DNA of 64,000 nucleotides from an uncultured Actinomycetes bacterium. GTDB taxonomy: Bacteria > Actinomycetota > Thermoleophilia > RBG-16-64-13. The position numbers were made by a program, and so were the translations under genes. Of the stretch, positions 59,072 through 64,000 are shown piece after piece (position 1 is the stretch's first letter; each line of letters opens with the position of its first letter). A model generated the notes under the pieces. That model was not told the origin of the DNA, searched no databases, and saw only the letters and a list, made by a program, of their open reading frames with translations. Location of the stretch: the NCBI GenBank assembly GCA_963841735.1, contig CAWJDT010000001.1:1504001-1568000 (forward strand), read 5' to 3'.

Positions 59072-59252
59072 TCGGGCACTTCTGCGGTCACCCCACCCTC
59101 TTCGGCATAGCTATCGTGACCCTCCCAAGGGCAACGAGGTTCTCCATGCCCTCGGTCTTCATGCGCAGACAGCAGGGCCTGATTTCAATAGACGCAGGGC
59201 ATGCGTACTCCTGGGAGCGGTACTCCTCGTCGGCGCGCTCGCGACGCTTGCA

Positions 59253-59543
59253 GTGACAGCGGCTGTATCCCGGTCCTTCTGGTCGATATGGGGCCCGATG
59301 CTTGCAGGGATCGCGCTTGCTGCAGGGGGTGGGTTCTTCTTGTTGGTGGGGAGCGGTCGCCAGGTATCCAGTGCAGCTTATTCGAGCGGCGGCTTGGGAG
59401 CCCTACTCATCGGGTTGGTCCTGACGTTTCTGGGGAGCGTTGAGAGTGGTCCGCCTATGCTGGTTCCTGGAATTGTGCTTTGTCTGGTTGGCATTTCACT
59501 AGCCGCGAGATCCCGGAAACGCGACGACTTTACTCAAGAGTAG
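59253..59543 (+). CDS. Small three-TM membrane protein
   Basis: Three hydrophobic segments and a basic tail; weak RBS. Confidence 0.5.
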   Translation: MTAAVSRSFWSIWGPMLAGIALAAGGGFFLLVGSGRQVSSAAYSSGGLGALLIGLVLTFLGSVESGPPMLVPGIVLCLVGISLAARSRKRDDFTQE

Positions 59544-59579
59544 CGGGACTACCCTTCGGCAGCGCCCGTGCTTCCGGGT

Positions 59580-59697
59580 CAAGATCTGGCGCCGTTTCGA
59601 CTGGGGCTTAGCCACGCACGCGAGTGAGTCTTGGCCCATTCTCAGCGGCCCCCCGGCCTTTCTTCTTGTGCCGCACCGCTCCCGATGCTATAAGGAA
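59580..59697 (+). repeat. Boundary repeat R, copy 8, with promoter-bearing extension
   Basis: CAAGATCTGGCGCCGTTTCGACTGGGG...GTGAGTCTTGGCCC, then the same extension as copy 7. Confidence 0.8.
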
Positions 59698-60458
59698 AGG
59701 TCATCTTCGCCACCCATTCTCCACTGTTCGTTGACCTGGAAGTCTTCGATTCCGTTCGGTACATACGAAAGGAAGCCGATACGGACGGCGGCCCTCCCTG
59801 CTGCCACGTGAATGCGTGCCGGCTAGAGAGCGCTGCCGAGGAAATGGAGCGGCTCTGTGGGCGCCCACGTGGCGAATTCACGGCGAGATCCTTCAAAGCT
59901 CATGCGGCCCCCGTCATGAACGACATTGTGAATGAAGGCTTCTTTGCTGACGCGGTAGTGGTGGTTGAGGGTTTGTCGGAGGTGGGGGTTCTGTGGGCGC
60001 TGCAGCAGGAACTTGGTGAGAAGTGGCTGGAGCGGTCCATTGTTGTGGTGCCGGCTGGTGGCAAGAACAGTATTGATAGGCCCGTGGTGATATTCCGCGG
60101 CCTGGGAATCCCCACGTACTTCATCTTCGATGCCGACAGAGGTCAGAAGCCTGATGTCAACGAGCGCTACCTGCGCATGGCTGGAGAGACGCCAACTCCT
60201 GCTCCCTCAACAGCAGTCGGGCGCAATTACGCGGTCTTTCAAGACAAGATAGAGACTGAGTTGCGACAGGCACTCGGAGAGCCGCTATTCGAATCGCTGG
60301 GACAATCGGTCGCGTCAGAACTGGGCTATGCAGGCACGAGTGACCTTCTGAAGAACCTGGATGGCGCGGCCGTGTTCGTGTCCCGGGCCTATCGCGACGG
60401 GTCTTCAATTCCAGTCCTCGAGGAAGTCGTGCGCGCAATAACTAGGCTAGTTACTTGA
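59697..60458 (+). pseudogene. 3' part of an OLD-family (ABC ATPase-TOPRIM) nuclease
   Basis: Starts at the H-loop VIFATHSP; TOPRIM motifs FFAD.VVVVEG.SE, GGKNS, FDAD; Walker motifs missing; in-frame TAA at 59691. Confidence 0.82.
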
Positions 60459-60493
60459 GACGAGCGCACCAGCAATGTTTCGAACGACCTTTC

Positions 60494-60636
60494 GACGCTT
60501 CGCCGCTAGGACGCGATGCGCGGGGTGAGTCAAGGGGCCAGGGAGCGTTCGTAGCAGCGCTGCGGGCGCGACTGAGGACGAGGGATCGCACCGCCGCGCG
60601 GACTCGGGGGCGAAGACTTCGTTTCGACACGATCTC
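60494..60636. mobile_element. Foldback element M, copy 3 (diverged, with adjacent dnaE-like flank to ~60675)
   Basis: Homologous to 61860-62004; the following sequence matches ~62005-62041. Confidence 0.8.
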
Positions 60637-60794
60637 AGACGTGGGGGAGCTCGTAGCTCATGCGCACTCCCATGTGTCGCCGGACATCCGGTCTGAGACG
60701 GCGCGCCAAGCTGCTACCAAAGGCCGAGTCCGGTCGTAAGATCCGTGGCTAGCCTGAGAGTATGGCACCGAGAGCTGATAACTATGATGTTATA

Positions 60795-61151
60795 ATGAGC
60801 AATGAGGACAGGTGGCGGGTCGAGCTGTTCACTACGGCAGCAGGGCGGTGTCCGGTGCAGGAGTACATCGATGAACTGTCCAGTCAGGAAGCGGATAGGG
60901 TCACTCACGTCCTGGAGCTGCTCCGAGAAGCTGGGACCCAGTTGCAGGCGCCGCATGCCCGAAGTCTTGGTGACAAGCTCTGGGAGCTGCGAGTTGTCGG
61001 TTGCCTGCAACATCGCATCCTCTACTTCGCAGGGTCGGGTCGGCGACTGATACTCGTGAACGCGTTCGCGAAGAAGACAAGATGGACCCCTCGGAGGGAG
61101 ATCGAGACAGCCAGAAGGCGGATGACCGAACTCGAAAGGCGGGCTGACTGA
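60795..61151 (+). CDS. RelE/ParE-family (Gp49/HigB-like) toxin
   Basis: WRVELF..GRCPVQEYI, LWELRV, RILYF, FAKKT..TP..EIETA. Confidence 0.9.
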   Translation: MSNEDRWRVELFTTAAGRCPVQEYIDELSSQEADRVTHVLELLREAGTQLQAPHARSLGDKLWELRVVGCLQHRILYFAGSGRRLILVNAFAKKTRWTPRREIETARRRMTELERRAD

Positions 61152-61477
61152 TGGACGACTTGGACCGTTACATAGCCGAGCGCGAAGCGCGTGACCCAGA
61201 GTTCAAAGCTGCTCGGGAGGAGTCACGGGCGCAGTTCGAGTTCCAGCGGACTCTCGTCATGTATCGGATCGAAGCCGGTATCACCCAGCGGGAGATGGCA
61301 AAGCGGCTTGGGGTCAAACAACCCGCCTTGGCTCGCTGGGAGGCAGGGGAGACCATGCCGACACTGGAGACGCTGTTCCGAGTGGCGAAGGCGCTGCAGT
61401 TGGACTTCACCGTGACCCCCGAGTCGCCTCTTCTTGTGACGCCGCACCGGGTGCAAAAAGCGGTGGCTACCGGGTAG
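61151..61477 (+). CDS. XRE-HTH antitoxin (HigA-like)
   Basis: ITQREMAKRLGVKQPALARWEAG..PTLETL; toxin-first gene order. Confidence 0.88.
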   Translation: MDDLDRYIAEREARDPEFKAAREESRAQFEFQRTLVMYRIEAGITQREMAKRLGVKQPALARWEAGETMPTLETLFRVAKALQLDFTVTPESPLLVTPHRVQKAVATG

Positions 61478-61487
61478 GCACTCGTCG

Positions 61488-62410
61488 CTATCCCACCTTC
61501 TTCGGAATAGCCCGCGTCCCCGCTCCCGGAGCGACGACCTCGGGCGTCGCGCCTTGCCCCCCGGCCTTCCTCCTCCCCAACACCTCCTCCAGATCCAGCA
61601 CCTCCTCGGCCACGATAGCCAACCCCCGTCTATGATTGTTCTGCAGCCTTCCCCTAACCAGGAAGTAGCTGGCCCGGGCCACCACCGGGGCGATCTTGGA
61701 GAGCTTGCTCTCGAAGCACACGCACTCGTAGAGGCCGTAGGCGTCCTCTAGGGTGAGGAACATCGTCCTTTTCCCCGAGCGCATCCAGGGGTTCTGGGCC
61801 CGTTCGTAGACGCCGGCCACCGTCACCGGCACCTCGTCTCCCAGAGCTCGTGTCGGAATGACGCTTCGCCGTCAGGTCGCGATCGGCGCGGGTGAGGCAA
61901 GGACGCAGGGAGCGTTCGTAGCAGAGCTACGGGCGCGACTGAGGACGATGGATCGCACCGCCTAGCGCGAACTGGGGGCCAAGGCTTCGTTTCGACACGA
62001 GCTCAAAGCTGGGCAGCTCGTAGCTCATGCGCACACCCATGCGGCGGAGTTCTTCTTCGTAGAGGGCCAGGGGATGACAGTCACAGTGAGCCCCAGCAGT
62101 TCGAGCTCGGAGCGGACCTTGTCCTCCAGGCTCCAGCGGCGCTCCAGTCCCGCGCGGCTGGGCGGGGAAAAGAATGCCCGCAGTTGGCCGCGCCTCCCTC
62201 CGGACGACCCGGCCAGCGCCTCCAGGCGATCGTGAAGAAGTGGCAGTCTCCAGAGCAGTTCGGTGCGGTCGGGCTCCAGGGAGTCGAAGGCCCCCACCCG
62301 GATGAGGTTCTCGGCCACGGTGCAGTCGAGGCGGGTGCGCAGGTAGAAGTCCTCGAAGGATGTGAAGGGGCCGTGGCGGCGCTCCAGGACGCCTCCAGCG
62401 AGACTGGCGG
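61488..62410 (-). pseudogene. 3' fragment of a DNA polymerase III alpha (DnaE2-like) gene, frameshifted and interrupted
   Basis: GPFTSFEDF..LIRVGAFDSL, ELELLG..HPLA, OB fold FLTLEDAYG; frameshift near 62075; element inserted at 61844-62004. Confidence 0.8.
61844..62004. mobile_element. MITE-like foldback element M, copy 2
   Basis: Terminal inverted repeat GAGCTCGTGTCG(G/A)AA(T/C)GA 16/18; central CGTAGC/GCTACG hairpin; core homologous to 44362-44520. Confidence 0.85.
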
Positions 62411-62722
62411 AGCGGAAGTTGACAGGCGCAGATCGTACTTGATAGGCTGCAATGTGATGCACCAATCGTAACGTCGGATGGGTTGGGACCCATCGGGGGG
62501 GTGACGAATTGGGCGCTTACATATCTCAGTCAAACCTCAGCTCCTTTGTCTGCGGGCTGCGCCCCGCCCTCACTCCCCCAGATCACGTCGCGCCGGTCAT
62601 GGAAGCCCGGCCGAAAACGCGCATGGTGATGGCCGATGGTCCCGAAGGGAGGGTCGCCGCAACAACGTAGGTGCCCATTCCAGCAAGGGGAAGCGTTCCA
62701 AGATCAACAAGGGGGTAAGCGC

Positions 62723-62905
62723 ATGTGGAAACGTCGAATAACGTTCAGCTTCGTGGTCCTCGCTCTGCTGCTCTTCTGTACGGCAGTCTTCCTGGTCACC
62801 CGGTCCGAAGCGGCAGCCACTTCCACGGAGTACCAACAAGCGCAGAGCGTGCAGGGAACCAGCGAGCGTGAACCGGCCGCACCGCAAGCAGCGCGGGTAC
62901 GATAA
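62723..62905 (+). CDS. Short secreted-protein ORF, probably truncated at the IS21 end
   Basis: AAGGGGG RBS, signal peptide; stop lies 6 nt before the first IS end motif. Confidence 0.5.
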   Translation: MWKRRITFSFVVLALLLFCTAVFLVTRSEAAATSTEYQQAQSVQGTSEREPAAPQAARVR

Positions 62906-64000
62906 CCTAATAGTTGACCACTTGGAGGCCGTTCGTTCATCGAAAAGTTGACCACCTTCAAGACAAGTCCTGTACCGTCGTCGCCCGAAGCGATGACGGA
63001 CAGGGGGAAGGCATGTGCTGAAGATGGTCGACGTGGAGTTCATCAAGAAGAAGCACGTAATCGAGGGCTGGCCGATCCGCAAGATCGCCCGGCAGCTCGA
63101 AGTCTCGCGCCAGACGGTGCGAAAGGTTCTGGCCTCCCCGGCCGAGCCACCCCGCTATCAGCAGCACCTGCCTCGTTCGCAACCGGTCATGGGCCCATAT
63201 CTCCCCGTCATCGAACGCTGGCTCAAGGAAGACGAGACCGCGCCCCGCAAACAGCGTCACACCGCCAATCGCGTCTACGACCGCCTGGTGTCGGAATACG
63301 ACTTCCCCGGATCTGAAGTGACCGTGCGCCGGGCGGTGCGTGCCCTGCGGGGCCGGCGTGTGGAGATGTTCGTGCCCTTAGAAGCGGTACCGGGCAAGGT
63401 GGCCCAAGCCGACTTCGGTCAAGCCCACGTGCTGGTCGCCGACGCCGTGCAGAAGGTCTTCATCTTCTGCCTGCGGGCCAAACACTCCAAGGTGCCCTTC
63501 GCCATGGCTTACCCCACCGAGAAGCTGGAAGCCTTCCTGGATGGTCACGTCCGGGGTCTTGAGTTCCTGGGCGGCACCTTCCATGAGATCTGGTATGACA
63601 ACCCCAAGACCGTCGTCACCAAGATCCTTTCTGGGCCGGAGAGAGTCGAGCACGAACACTTCAGCCGCCTGCGGGCCCACTACCTGTTCGATAGCTCCTT
63701 CTGCACCCCCGGAGAGGCTCACGAGAAGGGCTCGGTGGAGAACCTGGTCGGATACGTGCGCAGAAACGCGCTGGTGCCTGCCTCAAAGCCCTTTGCCAGC
63801 CTCGAGGCCCTGAACGCTCACCTGCGCGCCTTCTGCGAGCGGGAACGGGACCGTCATGCTGACGCGTGGGCACTGGAAGAGTCTGCTCTCGGGCCTTTGC
63901 CCCTTCACCCCTTCCGGGCCGCCACCTCCCGGCCGGTCTCGGTCTCTAAGACCGCGCTGGTCCGCATCGACCACAACCGCTACTCGGTGCCGGCCGTTCA
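62905..64000 (+). mobile_element. IS21-family insertion sequence, left part
   Basis: Repeated end motif AGTTGACCAC at 62912 and 62946, followed by istA. Confidence 0.85.
63015..64000 (+). CDS. istA: IS21 transposase IstA (runs off the window; absent from the ORF track)
   Basis: MLKMVDVEFIK..IRKIAR..SRQTVRK HTH, PRKQRHTA, QADFG, YDN, EKGSVEN, NRYSVP. Confidence 0.92.
   Translation, partial: MLKMVDVEFIKKKHVIEGWPIRKIARQLEVSRQTVRKVLASPAEPPRYQQHLPRSQPVMGPYLPVIERWLKEDETAPRKQRHTANRVYDRLVSEYDFPGSEVTVRRAVRALRGRRVEMFVPLEAVPGKVAQADFGQAHVLVADAVQKVFIFCLRAKHSKVPFAMAYPTEKLEAFLDGHVRGLEFLGGTFHEIWYDNPKTVVTKILSGPERVEHEHFSRLRAHYLFDSSFCTPGEAHEKGSVENLVGYVRRNALVPASKPFASLEALNAHLRAFCERERDRHADAWALEESALGPLPLHPFRAATSRPVSVSKTALVRIDHNRYSVPAV

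Noticed and set aside
19579-59637. Boundary repeat as integron attC sites or a CRISPR array
   Set aside because: No RYYYAAC/GTTRRRY pairing or foldback, spacing is kilobases and irregular, and no intI or cas genes are present.
62470-62700. Possible riboswitch upstream of the short secreted ORF
   Set aside because: Small hairpins are present but I could not match any riboswitch consensus; needs an Rfam scan.

Overview
GC-rich bacterial DNA, probably Actinomycetota (judged from lipoprotein style and leaderless promoters). Bases 1-19.6 kb are mostly housekeeping and envelope genes: galK 3' end, PlsC acyltransferase, MMPL transporter, PAS hybrid kinase, SpoIID/LytB protein, Uup, two ABC exporter operons and a lipoprotein. 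Bases ~19.6-64 kb form a mosaic accessory/defence region. It holds about eight toxin-antitoxin modules, a Vsr-Dcm-HNH locus, AAA/DUF4143, NYN and OLD remnants, IS3 and IS21 traces, and many duplicated gene fragments. Best candidates for undescribed biology: (1) an operon of a divergent thymidine-phosphorylase-fold enzyme plus a Zn-finger/Ser-Thr kinase/P-loop ATPase/CARF-like fusion (28.6-33.6 kb); (2) a ~58-bp non-palindromic repeat at eight cassette boundaries; (3) a ~160-bp foldback element with a conserved core but different terminal stems, one copy in-frame inside patB; (4) a promoter-hairpin-terminator leader ahead of an NYN RNase gene. Several single-base frameshifts may be sequencing errors. 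All family calls come from motif recognition by eye; no database searches were run.
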